Assembly: GCA_053919585.1 (NCBI GenBank)
Contig: CM132806.1
Length of the DNA: 64,000 bases
Reading direction: 5' to 3' (one strand)
From: Euprymna scolopes
Lineage: Eukaryota
The notes beneath the pieces were generated by a model. That model was given only the letters and a program-made list of their open reading frames with translations. It ran no database searches and was not told the DNA's origin. The position numbers and the translations under genes were made by a program. Each line of letters starts with the position of its first letter. Within the stretch, counting starts at the first letter, position 1. Below, piece by piece: positions 12,455 through 24,427 of the stretch.

Positions 12455-13202
12455 AAGAGCTTCTATCATGTCTGAAAGTGACAGACTGTACAACGAGCAA
12501 GATCAGAGATGCGCCGCTATACAAATCATGCTCTCTACCGATTCAAGTTATGACAACAGGACCATTGCCAGCACCTTCAAAATGCAAACCTGATCGGTTC
12601 AATTCTTGAGGGCACAGCTCAACGAAGTTTCCGGCCATGGTTATGACGTTTGGTGTGGTTTCAAGTAAAGACTACATCATACCACCTCACATCTTCGAAG
12701 TCGGCTTGAAAGTCAACACCAAAGTATACGTAGATGTACTGAAGAGTGTGGTAATCTCCTCGTGCAATCAGGTGGCTGCTGGCAGACCATGAGTGTGACA
12801 GCAGGACTTGGCGCAGACTCATAGGCCTAACAAAACCCAGTCTTTGCTTTAAATGGATTGCTACGCCTTTGTATCCTTTTCTCACTGCTCCTCTACATCC
12901 TATACCTGGACCCGCTGGTCATTTGGTTATACGTCGAGGACATCACTAACATGACCTCCCACAAACCTAAACCCAGCCTGATCACCGCCATCCGTTGAGT
13001 ATTTGCCGAGCTCCCGCCAGCGCTTGTGGAAAGGCAGGCTTCCAGTTCCGAATCGAAGCGGTGATTGAGGTTGAAGGCGGCTACATTAAATACATATCAG
13101 CTCTACAAATAATTAATTACCTAAATTATTTTTTCAATATAAGTTTTAAAATAAAGCTGTAGTGGAGTTTCTTTATGGCAAAACATTTATCGTTCTACCC
13201 CG
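12455..13202 (+). mobile_element. maT (DD37D) Tc1/mariner-superfamily transposon, internally deleted
   Basis: Encodes PHIFEVGLKVNTKVYVDVLKSVVI, QQD, and IEAVIEVEGGYI; ends TTATCGTTCTACCCCG|TA (TIR + TA). Confidence 0.8.
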
Positions 13203-14823
13203 TATATATACGTTTTCTAGAGTGTATTGTGCATAGTTGGTATGCGTTAGGTCGACTTAAGGTGGAAAACAGATTTTGGCAAATGCACCCTTCATTAACT
13301 TTTCTTCCTTAAGGCTTTTTATTGATTTGCTTGTTATGAAATAATCCCTCTTTCCTGGAGAAAAGATTATGCTATAATTCGCTGAGGTAAATGTCCAATT
13401 TTTATCTACAAATCGCAATCACTTAGTTTGCAAATAAAAAATGCTTACAGCAATTATTTATATATGTTTTATTTGCCTATTTGCGAATTCGGTGCAACTA
13501 TTTCTTTTTCACGTTTATGGTTACATACATAAAAATCAAATTAATACATAATTGAATTCTTCTGAAATCTATTTTTAATAATATCTAATTCAGCAATGTT
13601 TAGGATAGTTATATAAATTATCTTAGTTATCTCCCTTTCAGGAAGCTAGAAACAAGGTCACTTGTTGGCTTAATGTAAATATTATTGTGGAACAAAGTGG
13701 ATTAGAATTTGGTAGATCCTGGTTTTAATTCCATGATATTATCACGTGGGTGTTGCATATGTACACAGGAGTAGTTTTGAATGTAAGAGTGAAAACTGCC
13801 CAGACTTCCTGTAACTAATTCGGAAAAGTATATCGTGCTAGACTACGTATTAGCACCGAGGAAAGTGATCCAAACTAAAAACGTGTTTGCAAATATGATA
13901 TAGATGACTAATTGAAAAGATTTGTGTTTTGTCTTGTATTTTAAACACTAAAAGTTGAAGAACTACAAAGAATAGTATGGTGCTATTAAAATGAGTGGTC
14001 TTTTGTGCTCCAGAATTTATTCTTCTACATAGTAACTGTAATTCTCAATCGATTTTTGCTAGAAATTCAATGAATTATCGTTGCTTCTGATGCACGTCCG
14101 TGACAAGGATTGTGTTCTTAGAGTCTTGCGTCGTCAATACTACAACTTTTAGATCATGAACTCTCCAGTCAAGATAATAGTATAATTTGCAATCTTCTTT
14201 TGTCTATACAGGCGGAATAATAAAGAGGAGGTGTAACTTTGGGATCTCCCTTGTATATGACTTTTGTTACGAGAACAACTATACTTTATTTATACAGTAG
14301 GTTCCGTTTCTAAAATTTTAGATTTACCTTGCGTCAACCCTTTTTAAACCCTTTGCATATTCACGTCAATTCAAGTGAAAAAATGTGCTGTTTCATTTAA
14401 ATCGTAATAAAAACATTACAACATATTTCGGGAGTTTATTATGATTCTTTGTATCGGTTTACAAAAAAAAGCAAAAACAAAAGAACTAGCACTCATAGAC
14501 CTGAACTGAAGGCGAACACAGTCCATAGTGTCACTAAAATTGAAACTATCCTGTCGTTTGAAAACAGTTATAATATTTTACTTTAAGCGTATGAATCTTT
14601 CCGTATAGATAAAAAAATATTTTGATTGTTAAAAATAAATTTTTAAAACATTAAACGCAACGTTACAATAATTCAATGTCAAGTGGTGTCTTACCATGTA
14701 CAGGCATTGACGACTATGACTCTCTATCTCTTTCTCTCGAAGCATTCATGGATTTAGTGTTGATTATAATACAGAATTCATTCACGCTGTTTATCGTAAG
14801 TTTTTAATTGCTTTTTTTTCATT

Positions 14824-14873
14824 GCTCGGGCGGATAGAAATTGCTATAGATTGTAATTTCTTTCCGCCCGAGC
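14824..14873. repeat. Isolated GC-rich 50-nt hairpin
   Basis: GCTCGGGCGGA-T-AGAAATTGC / GTAATTTCT-T-TCCGCCCGAGC, about 21-bp stem with an 8-nt loop. Confidence 0.8.
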
Positions 14874-15084
14874 TGTGTCCATACTGTACGATTTTTCTGA
14901 CCATTGTATCAAAGGAATCATCTGCCCAGCACAACAAAACCACGGACAGAATTATTCTTGATTACTTTACCTTCTTTCCATGACCTCACGTAATTCTGAT
15001 CAGAGAAATTAAGTCGGTTCTCACTCTTTCCCAAGAGTTTCCCACAGATTAGCGGAGAGAAGGAGGGGCCTTATTTTTACAACA

Positions 15085-15190
15085 TAATCACGTGACACAC
15101 CGGTTCTCTCAGATAATTGAAGTAAAGGAACAATGAGCTCTGCCAATACCAGATGTGTGACAATTTGAGAATATTAGGTGCTATATCGGG
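15085..15190 (+). pseudogene. Highly diverged 5S rRNA-derived sequence
   Basis: ACACCGGTTCTC..AGATAATTGAAGTAAAG...GATGTGTGACAATTTGAGAATATTAGGTGCT aligns with the two other 5S-like copies. Confidence 0.6.
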
Positions 15191-15935
15191 TGGCAGAACA
15201 ACACTACAACAATAATAAAAGGATTTAAAAAGATCTAAATATATGAAATGATTTTAATAAAGTAAACACTTGGCCTATTTTATATGTAATTACTGATAAT
15301 GAATGTGTTCATAAGTTGTTCGTTTTGTTAAAAGGGGATGCCAAAAGTGTTTCTAATTTAATTTTTATGTAATTTTAATTTTGAATACTGATAAAAAAAT
15401 TAAACAAACGTCTTTCATCGAAAATGACATCAAATCGAAAGTGCTGATTCAAAATTAGTGATTAGTTTGGCTTTTACATCAACCGGTTAATGCGAACGCA
15501 TATACACACAACTTCTCTCCCTCTGGTCTACTTTCAGGAAAATCGTAACAAGTTAGGATATTCGATGTATCTTAAATAGTATGTGACAAAACCCTACGCC
15601 CGCACATATGTTTTCACCTTTAAATACAATGTATATGCAGCTAGTTAAAAATAAATCAATAAACAGATTAATAAACAAGTATAAAATAAAATGTAAGCGG
15701 AAAACACCCAGATTAAAATAGGCCACTTCTCAATGAAAAAGAAAAGGATACCAATTTGCCAGAAACGAACAAAAAAGAGGTCAACCAGAGATCAAGTAAA
15801 ACATCTGCCTGATAAACGCACGTCCATTGACTGCGATAAATGGATATGTTAATAAAAATGACCCTGACTTGCTGACTCGGAAGTCCATTATCACGTGAAT
15901 ATATAAAAACCCACACTTACATCAATTCTATGCAA

Positions 15936-15985
15936 TAGCTTTACAAATTCTCACAAGGATGAAACACGGAAATTCTGTGTAGCTT

Positions 15986-15986
<1 letters not shown>
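15936..15986 (+). ncRNA. Decayed hammerhead remnant (family of 42114 and 59550)
   Basis: GAT-GAAA-CACGGAAATTCTGTG-TA-GCTTA is intact, but the CTGANGA box is degraded to TTTACAA. Preceded by TATAAAA and followed by (TA)n. Confidence 0.55.
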
Positions 15987-16048
<62 letters not shown>

Positions 16049-16983
16049 ATACATATGTATATATATATATATAATTTACTACCTAGTTCTACTTATGTAT
16101 TGAGCTCTTTCGAAGTAAATACTGAAAATAGATGTATAAACTTTTATGTAGATATATAAAATAATACATATATACACATATATAGCGATAAAGAGAGATT
16201 ACTTCATGTGCCTATAATATCAATATTATAAGAAAGTAGTTTATTTTATGCATCGATATTCAGTGTGTACTCAATATGTGAATGCAGCTAGGTAGTAAGT
16301 TATGAAAACAGATATGGGAAATTAAAGTGCGCAAAATCATCTGCGTAACATACCTACACATATGCAGAAAACAATTGCGATGAACTGTGGAAGGATATGT
16401 GTGTCTGAACTACTATTAATTTCCATACTTTACCACGTGTGTATATGAATAAACCCTTTTTCGGGGTCAACGGCCAACTAGCACCGTGTGTGTTTGTGTG
16501 TGTGTATGTATGTGTGTGTTGGGGTGGAGACGACTCCCGTAAGCCGTGATGAAGGCAACCTTTCTAGGAGGAGCAAATATCTGATTTAAAAACCATAAAG
16601 CGGGAGACCAGAACCTGCATTAAGCTGGTCTGCAGTTTAACTTGTTGCTGGCTATCTTGCTCTTGCTTGTTGCTGGATCTCAACATTTTGAACCGAGAGA
16701 GAAACTTAGCTGTCGTACAAAGCTAAGACTCTGTAACATCATCTTTGTATAGATACTTCCTCAAGCATTTGTTTATAAAAATGGTCCCGTGCCGATAGAA
16801 AAGTTGTGATGCGTGGAGGCTTGAAATGCTGGAAGCATGTAATAATTCATCTCATTGACCGTCTTCAGTGTCATGCCTACTTGAGCATGTGAATTCACCG
16901 GTAGGACTAAAAAAAAGTCATTTTTTGGCTCATGGACCTTAAGTGTCTGAGGGAGTGGCACTCGTCTGACAAGACGTTGCAAT

Positions 16984-17024
<41 letters not shown>

Positions 17025-17065
17025 AACGGTCGGGTTTCAATCCTGGCTTGAGGTAGTTGCCTGTC

Positions 17066-17119
17066 TAGCCGCACTGATGAGCTGTTAAACAGCGAAACAG
17101 TACTGTATGTGGATGACTA
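17066..17119 (+). ncRNA. Type I hammerhead ribozyme, copy 1
   Basis: TAG-CCGCA-CTGATGA-GCTGT(TAA)ACAGC-GAAA-CAGTACTG-TA-TGTGG-(ATGA)-CTA; GUA cleavage after 17107. Confidence 0.9.
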
Positions 17120-17266
17120 TAGTGCTCCTCACCTTGAGTTGAGCATATTGAGAAGTGAAACACGAATTACCATTAGCATATAAGCGACGCTCTTTGTGTA
17201 AACAAATCGAGCGGAGGTATTTCGGACGATATCAAAACATCGTTAAACTCACTACTCGTTCAAGCA

Positions 17267-17338
17267 GCCGCCAATAGCGTAATGGTTAGGAGCCTTGACT
17301 GCCGTACAAACGGTCGGGTTTCAATCCTGGCTTGAGGT
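17267..17338 (+). promoter_or_regulatory. tRNA-derived head with Pol III A and B boxes (repeats every 284 bp)
   Basis: A box TAGCGTAATGG (17275-17285) matches TRGCNNARYGG. B box-like GGTTTCAATCC (17317-17327) sits in a T-arm hairpin GTCGGG/CCTGGC. The anticodon-like loop CTGCCGT suggests a Gly-GCC origin; the acceptor stem is imperfect. Confidence 0.75.
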
Positions 17339-17349
17339 AGTTGCCTGTC

Positions 17350-17403
17350 TAGCCGCACTGATGAGCTGTGAAACAGCGAAACAGTACTGTATGTGGATGA
17401 CTA
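17350..17403 (+). ncRNA. Type I hammerhead ribozyme, copy 2
   Basis: Same fold as copy 1 with stem II GCTGT-GAA-ACAGC; cleavage after 17391. Confidence 0.9.
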
Positions 17404-17633
17404 TAGTGCTCCTCACCTTGAGTATAGCATATTGAGAAGTGAAACACGAATTACCATTAGCATATAAGCGACGCCCTTTGTGTAAACAAATCGAGCGGAG
17501 GTATTTCGGACGATATCAAAACATCGTTAAACTCACTACTCGTTCAAGCAGCCGCCAATAGCGTAATGGTTAGGAGCCTTGACTGCCGTACAAACGGTCG
17601 GGTTTCAATCCTGGCTTGAGGTAGTTGCCTGTC

Positions 17634-17687
17634 TAGCCGCACTGATGAGCTGTGAAACAGCGAAACAGTACTGTATGTGGATGACTA
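17634..17687 (+). ncRNA. Type I hammerhead ribozyme, copy 3
   Basis: Identical to copy 2; cleavage after 17675. Confidence 0.9.
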
Positions 17688-17917
17688 TAGTGCTCCTCAC
17701 CTTGAGTTGAGCATATTGAGAAGTGAAACACGAATTACCATTAGCATATAAGCGACGCTCTTTGTGTAAACAAATCGAGCGGAGGTATTTCGGACGATAT
17801 CAAAACATCGTTAAACTCACTACTCGTTCAAGCAGCCGCCAATAGCGTAATGGTTAGGAGCCTTGACTGCCGTACAAACGGTCGGGTTTCAATCCTGGCT
17901 TGAGGTAGTTGCCTGTC

Positions 17918-17971
17918 TAGCCGCACTGATGAGCTGTGAAACAGCGAAACAGTACTGTATGTGGATGACTA
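17918..17971 (+). ncRNA. Type I hammerhead ribozyme, copy 4
   Basis: Identical to copy 2; cleavage after 17959. Confidence 0.9.
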
Positions 17972-18201
17972 TAGTGCTCCTCACCTTGAGTATAGCATAT
18001 TGAGAAGTGAAACACGAATTACCATTAGCATATAAGCGACGCCCTTTGTGTAAACAAATCGAGCGGAGGTATTTCGGACGATATCAAAACATCGTTAAAC
18101 TCACTACTCGTTCAAGCAGCCGCCAATAGCGTAATGGTTAGGAGCCTTGACTGCCGTACAAACGGTCGGGTTTCAATCCTGGCTTGAGGTAGTTGCCTGT
18201 C

Positions 18202-18255
18202 TAGCCGCACTGATGAGCTGTGAAACAGCGAAACAGTACTGTATGTGGATGACTA
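18202..18255 (+). ncRNA. Type I hammerhead ribozyme, copy 5
   Basis: Identical to copy 2; cleavage after 18243. Confidence 0.9.
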
Positions 18256-18485
18256 TAGTGCTCCTCACCTTGAGTTGAGCATATTGAGAAGTGAAACACG
18301 AATTACCATTAGCATATAAGCGACGCTCTTTGTGTAAACAAATCGAGCGGAGGTATTTCGGACGATATCAAAACATCGTTAAACTCACTACTCGTTCAAG
18401 CAGCCGCCAAAAGCGTAATGGTTAGGAGCCTTGACTGCCGTACAAACGGTCAGGTTTCAATCCTGGCTTGAGGTAGTTGCCTGTC

Positions 18486-18534
18486 TAGCCGCACTGATGA
18501 GCTGTGAAACAGCGAAACAGTACTGTATGTGGAT

Positions 18535-18539
<5 letters not shown>
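18486..18539 (+). ncRNA. Type I hammerhead ribozyme, copy 6
   Basis: Identical to copy 2; cleavage after 18527; the array ends immediately after stem I, in (TA)n. Confidence 0.9.
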
Positions 18540-18597
<58 letters not shown>

Positions 18598-19449
18598 TGG
18601 GCCCACTTTATAGAGACAGATGTGAGTTATTTTGTTTTACCTAAATTTTGCATATTACATTGTTGTGCATTTTTTCTTTAGGAACTTTTTTTTCTGATTT
18701 CAGAAAAAAGTTCTCAAAATAAAGGAAATATCTAATGTTGCTATACAGACTGATTTCTTTCGAATTGAGAGCATATTTAAATGCTCCCTTACTCTGTGTA
18801 TCTTTGACTGTATACACATGCAGACATTTAAATGTGATGTAAACAAACATATCGCTGGACAACTCCCAATTTAGGATCCCCTGTTACTATACACATAAAT
18901 CATTTTAATTTTGCAGGATCCCCTGTTACTATACACATAAAATTATTTTAATTTTGGAGCTCAGTCGCAATGTGCTCTGTTTGAGGTTAATTGCAGTAAG
19001 AAAAAATGTACTCCAAAGCTTTAAAACTCTTTTCAAAATAAAATCTACTTAACTTGAGTGGCTTTTGGTTCCAGATGAACTAATAACTATTGCAAACTAT
19101 TCAGCAAACATATCAGCTTAGATTTGTTCGAAGGATTCAACGTCAATGCCGTCACTACATGCAGAAAATTTATTTTCGATTCTCATCAATAATTCATCCA
19201 ATTTCGCTAAAATAAACATCTTCTATAAATTACTTCGAGTCTGAAAATAAAATCCGAAATTATATGAATTCTACAAAAAATCGTAAAATAATAATTCTAA
19301 AATATTAAGCATTAAATTAAAGTAATCAGTCAAATGGAAAACTTAATGTCTAGTCTGAGAAATTATCATCGCCTTAAGTGTGTTTTAGTCTCCAAGGCAT
19401 GAGCAGCTCCAAGCATTTCATGAATTTAAATAGTTCATTTATTCTTACT

Positions 19450-19482
<33 letters not shown>

Positions 19483-19510
19483 GCCATAATTATAATAATC
19501 ATCATCATAG

Positions 19511-20381
19511 CAGGTGGAACAATAAAATTATTGCCCTAGAAAAGATTACATTAGTTTCATTTCCATAAAAAAAAACTGTTTTCTTTTTCTTTTTGTTGCA
19601 GACCACTTATTAGTTGGCCTCGTGTGTACAAATCCCGAGAGTGATATGGGCTTTCTATAATGTCTGAAAGCTACACAGTGTTTAACGAGCGAGATCGGAG
19701 ATGCGCCACTGTCCAACTCATGCGCTCTACTGATCCAAGGTATGACAACTGAAACGTTGCCAGCACACTGAAAATGCATCGCTGTATTGCCACAGATAAC
19801 AAGGACGTGCCCAAGGTAATGAAAACAAAGTTTCCGGCCACGGTTATAGTCATAGATTTAGTTTAAAGTAAGGGCGACATACTGCCACCTGATATCTTCG
19901 TCAACACCAAAGTGTACCTGGATGTTCTGAAGAGTGTGTTAATCCCCTGGAGTAACCAAGTGGCCGCTGGACTCGGCACCGGCGTATAAATTCAAAGAGA
20001 CTCAGGCTTTGCTCCAGCAGGACTGCTACGACATTGTACCCTTCTCTCACTGGACCGCTCCTCCTCCGACCTAAACCTCTTGGACTACTTCCTTTCGTCA
20101 TACGTCGAGAACATCACCAACGTGACCTCCCACAACACCAAAGTAAGTCTGATACCCGATATCCGAGTATTCGCCGGGCTCCCACCGGCGCTTGTGGAAA
20201 AGCCATGCTTCAAGTTCCGGACCCGTACCGAGGCGGTGATTGAGGCTGAAAGTGGCTACATCAAATAGATGTCAGCTCTTCTGCATAACTAAGTTATCTG
20301 AATTGATTTTTTCAAGAAAAATGTTCAAATTTTGTTGTAGTATTGTTTTCTCTGGGGCGACACTTTTGTCATTCCATACTG
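19511..20381 (+). mobile_element. maT (DD37D) transposon, internally deleted, both TIRs present
   Basis: TIRs CAGGTGGAACAATAAAA / TTTTGTCATTCCATACTG; encodes LDY..SYVENITNVTSHNTK...EAVIEAESGYI. Confidence 0.8.
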
Positions 20382-20600
20382 CTACATGGCTACGTAGAAT
20401 TCAACTCGTTCTGGAGATTTTTGGCCTTCTTCTTTGTAGTTTACATTGCCTATATGTTTTCCTTATCGCTCTAGATTTGCATCGTTTATCTATAGATCTT
20501 AGGAGATGAATTGCCCATTTAAATTAAGCCGTCATTATAGCGGGTCCTATGTCGTTTACTACGGTTTGTTGTCTTATTATCTTTCATTAAATAATTATTG

Positions 20601-22315
20601 TGCAGCTAATTCTACCCTATGCGACGAAGGCCATTAACTCCCCATAACTCCTAAAACACAGTACAAGCAAGGTAACATACAAATATCCGTGCATGAGGTC
20701 ACCAAGCTAATCAAGAACCTAGATTCCAGTAAAGCAACTGGCCCTGATGGTATCCCATTATAGTGTTAAAAAAGCTTAAACCAGAACTTGCTCCCATACT
20801 TACGAAACTGTTTAAGCGCTGCCTTAAGGAGAAGTGCTTTCGCCTCCCTGGAAGACCTCATCAGTTTGCCCTGTATTTAAGAATTCAGGTGATAAGTCAT
20901 CTCCCTCTCAGTACAGACACATAAGTCTCCTGTGTGTTATGAGTAAGTTGCTGGAATCCATATTAAATAGAGAAATAGTCAACCACCTCAGCAGAAATAA
21001 CCTTCTTAGTGACACGCAATATGGTGTCCGCTCTGCAAGATCTACCGCAGATGTGCTGACGGTTATATCCCACAGGATTAGTGAATCTCTTGACAAAGGT
21101 TTCCTTTCTAGGGCAATTGCTCTTGACATATCAAAGGCCTTCGACAAGGTATGGCATAAGGGTCTATTTCACAAGATTTCCAGCTACGGTATAACTGGAA
21201 ATGTTTTCTCAATCATTAAATCATTTCTCTCCGATAGGCTCATAAGGGTAGTGGTTGATGGACAAAAATCGGAGGCCTGCAATATAAATGCTGGAGTTCC
21301 TCAGGGGTCAATACTAGGCCAAAACTCTCTTCCTGATCTACATCAATGACCTCCCTAAACACATACTTAAATCTTTCGTTGACATCTATGCTGATGACAC
21401 GACCATCTACGGCAACACATCAAAGGCTGTAAATGACAAAGTTCTCTCTGATTCTCTCTCCTCTGATCTCGAGCGCGTGGTTCGGTGAGGGAAGATGTGG
21501 CTGGTTACCTTTAATGCATCCAAAACCAAACTCCTATCCTTACATCATCGACGCTCTGATCCCCATCTGGCATCAATTGTGATGGATGGCGTTCGTCTGG
21601 GAGAGGCCCCGTGTTTTGACATGCTTCTGGGTTTGACCTTTACTCCTGATCTGAAATGGAACACGTACATCAAGTCTGTTGCCAAGGTCGCTGGAAAGAT
21701 GGTGGGATCCTTCTACTGCTCCAGAAGATATCTCACTACTGATGCAATTCTCTATTTATATGAAAGCCAAGTACGTCTAAGGATGGAATACTGCTGCCAT
21801 ATCTGGACAGGAGCTGCAAAAAACAGCCTAACCTGCCTTGACAGAGTACAAAATAGACTTCGTGGCTTAGTGGGGATGCCCTTTTCTCTACCATGCAATC
21901 TCTCTCCCACAGAAGAAACGTTGCGAGCCTATCCTTGTTTTATCGTTATTTCCATGGCTGGTGCTCGTCTGAACTCCAATCTCTGGTCCCCCCTCGCCAA
22001 CCTTTCACGAAAAACACCCGTCTAGCTGAATCCACTGTGAAAAATTTCCCCCACTCTTTATCTGTGCCTAGATCAAAACGTGGATTCCATGAACAAAGCT
22101 ACTTTCTTAGAACTGCACGCCCGTGGAACTCTGTTCCTCTGCCTGCTTCCCACCTGACTACAACTTGGATGTCTTCAAGTCCAATGTTAACAAATTCCTA
22201 ATGAACCGCCCCCTTAAGTAAACACTTCATCAAATCTCCACACTAACGTAATGTACTTGCAATAACCCTTATCCATGAGTGATATCCGGGCCTTGATAAG
22301 CGGTGATCACTGTGT

Positions 22316-22320
<5 letters not shown>
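20601..22320 (+). mobile_element. 5'-truncated LINE with disrupted RT (CR1/L2-group-like)
   Basis: ORF pieces contain ALDISKAFDKVWHKGL, GVPQGSILG, YADD and MEYCCHIW; the family 3' tail runs into (TA)n. Confidence 0.92.
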
Positions 22321-22390
<70 letters not shown>

Positions 22391-22899
22391 GTATGGTATT
22401 GGCCCTTGATAGGTAACCGATTTCAACTGGAAGAGAACATTTCAGGCCATACAAAAATGACATACAATTCTCTGCCACATGATGAGATTTGATACGGCGC
22501 TTCGTATTCCGAATGTTTAACCATCTTGTTCTAAAGATGCTCAATAGCGATTTACTTTGTGATCTGACAAGCACNNNNNNNNNNNNNNNNNNNNNNNNNN
22601 NNNNNNNNNNNNNNNNNNNNNNNNNNNNNNNNNNNNNNNNNNNNNNNNNNNNNNNNNNNNNNNNNNNNNNNNNNNNNNNNNNNNNNNNNNNNNNNNNNNN
22701 NNNNNNNNNNNNNNNNNNNNNNNNNNNNNNNNNNNNNNNNNNNGTCGTTGACTGGGTTCAAAAACAGCCTACAGAAAATGGATTCTGATTTATGAAAGTA
22801 TGATAGGTTATGAAAAGGAAGGGTTGTAAAGAGATAGCTTCGAATTTGGGGTATCAAAACCAAAGCAAAATATCATGAAAGTAAAAATAAAATAGATAA

Positions 22900-23345
22900 A
22901 CTCCATAATTTATTATACCATGACTGTTCACACTGAAACACTTATCACATTATTCTGCGGATCTATATTAAAAAACCTTATTAAACTTTGTTACATATTT
23001 ACATTCTATGTAGGTCAGGCCCGAACGAGCACCCCATAATTTTATTATACCATATTTCTTCAAACTGAAACATAATTATCAAATCATACTTACGCATATA
23101 TATATGAAAAGTCATTATTAAAGTTTGTGCCTATTTCCATTCTATGGAGGCCAGGCGCGGACGCAGACCCCACAATTTTATTATACCATCCCTATTTAAG
23201 TTAACACATACTTATCAAAATATTCTTATGTACATCTATATCAAAAACCCTTGTAAACGTTTTTTTTTTTAATTTTTTAATTTTTTATTTCCATACTTTG
23301 TGGACCAGACCTGAACGCACACTCCACAATTTTAATGAACCACCG
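22900..23345. repeat. Degenerate ~130-bp tandem repeat, ~3.5 copies
   Basis: CCA.AATTTTATTATACCAT...CTTATCA...TTCTATG.AGG.CAGGC.CG.ACG recurs at ~22905, ~23035, ~23170 and ~23320. Confidence 0.65.
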
Positions 23346-23473
23346 TTCTGCCAGATTAAACATATCCATTCCTGTGTCTCGATACATCTTCTATCATTAT
23401 ATGATATCAGTTTTTTAAAATAGTCAACGATATAGGAGCCTATTCGTGACCAGACACACACACACACATTCAG

Positions 23474-23542
<69 letters not shown>

Positions 23543-24427
23543 CACGTTGACGATCTGTTTTTTATCATCGAAGGTAAGCGATGTTTGCCTTGGTTGGTTA
23601 AAGATGGTTGACTTATTAGGAATACCAGACATCGGATTATATCTGCCTGTAAAAAAACATCGTCAAAACCGTATTCTCTGCTGAAAGCAACGAATAGAAG
23701 TTATATTTAGTATATCTGCCTGTTTCAATACGAGAAACAAAGACGCAATGCACAATGCACGTGTATTAAAAAATTGATGTCATTAAAGGCAGAAAAACAT
23801 GAGATTAGAAAGACGTAGTTACCATACAATGTTATGATAAAGTTGGATCATTCTACCGCATTACAAAGTATTTGATTCTTGACTTAACCCTCTCCCAATA
23901 TAAGTTAGAGAGGACCTACTATGACATGTTCCTGTTACATCTAGAAATGTGCCGTATTAAACGCCTTTTCTTATCTGAACACTGTAAGATCGAATTCGTA
24001 AAATAGTGTGAGATGTTTTTCAACTCCCTGCAGCCCCATTCCCTAAAAAGATATATCGCTATTCTTATTCTACTCTATCGGTTATTTTTTTTTTGTTTTA
24101 TTTTATTTATTTTATTTTTTTAAGAAAGCGCTTCATTGACTAAGCACTTCTTGACAACATTTGATGCTTTAAAAAGATGGGGGGTTACAGAGTTGCTTAA
24201 ATTAGCTTTGATAACAGGTTCCTAGTAAACCATTCACTTGATTCTAACATTACTACAAAGAAACGTTATGTATTTTTGAGATGAGGATTGGTTATTCGTA
24301 TTATTTGGAGTCTTCTGACTACTGTTCTCATCAATATAATGTTCTCAGAGATGGACCGAAACGTTGTGAAAATTACATACACGTATCTAAATAATATAGG
24401 CTGCAAAAAAGTTTTCTTTCTGTTTGC

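Larger units (their letters stand above)
17021..18541 (+). repeat. 284-bp tandem array (5.35 units) of tRNA-like head + hammerhead ribozyme; retrozyme-like element
   Basis: TACAAACGG starts at 17021, 17305, 17589, 17873, 18157 and 18441 (period 284). Units are nearly identical, and the array is bounded by (TA)n on both sides. Confidence 0.95.

Noticed and set aside
13620-14260. Possible host exons (polypyrimidine-CAG acceptors at ~13640 and ~14210)
   Set aside because: No sustained ORF or recognisable protein; cannot be supported without RNA-seq.
16450-16640. RTE-like 5' UTR motif (GGCAACC..TCTAGGAG..G.AAA..TCTGA.TT.AAACC)
   Set aside because: Short, recalled similarity only; no ORF or boundaries.
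17021-18541. CRISPR array, or a functional tRNA gene cluster
   Set aside because: Whole units are repeated with no unique spacers and there are no cas genes. The tRNA-like part has broken acceptor and anticodon stems and no terminator.
18873-18960. 43-bp tandem duplication
   Set aside because: Simple local duplication with no further signal.
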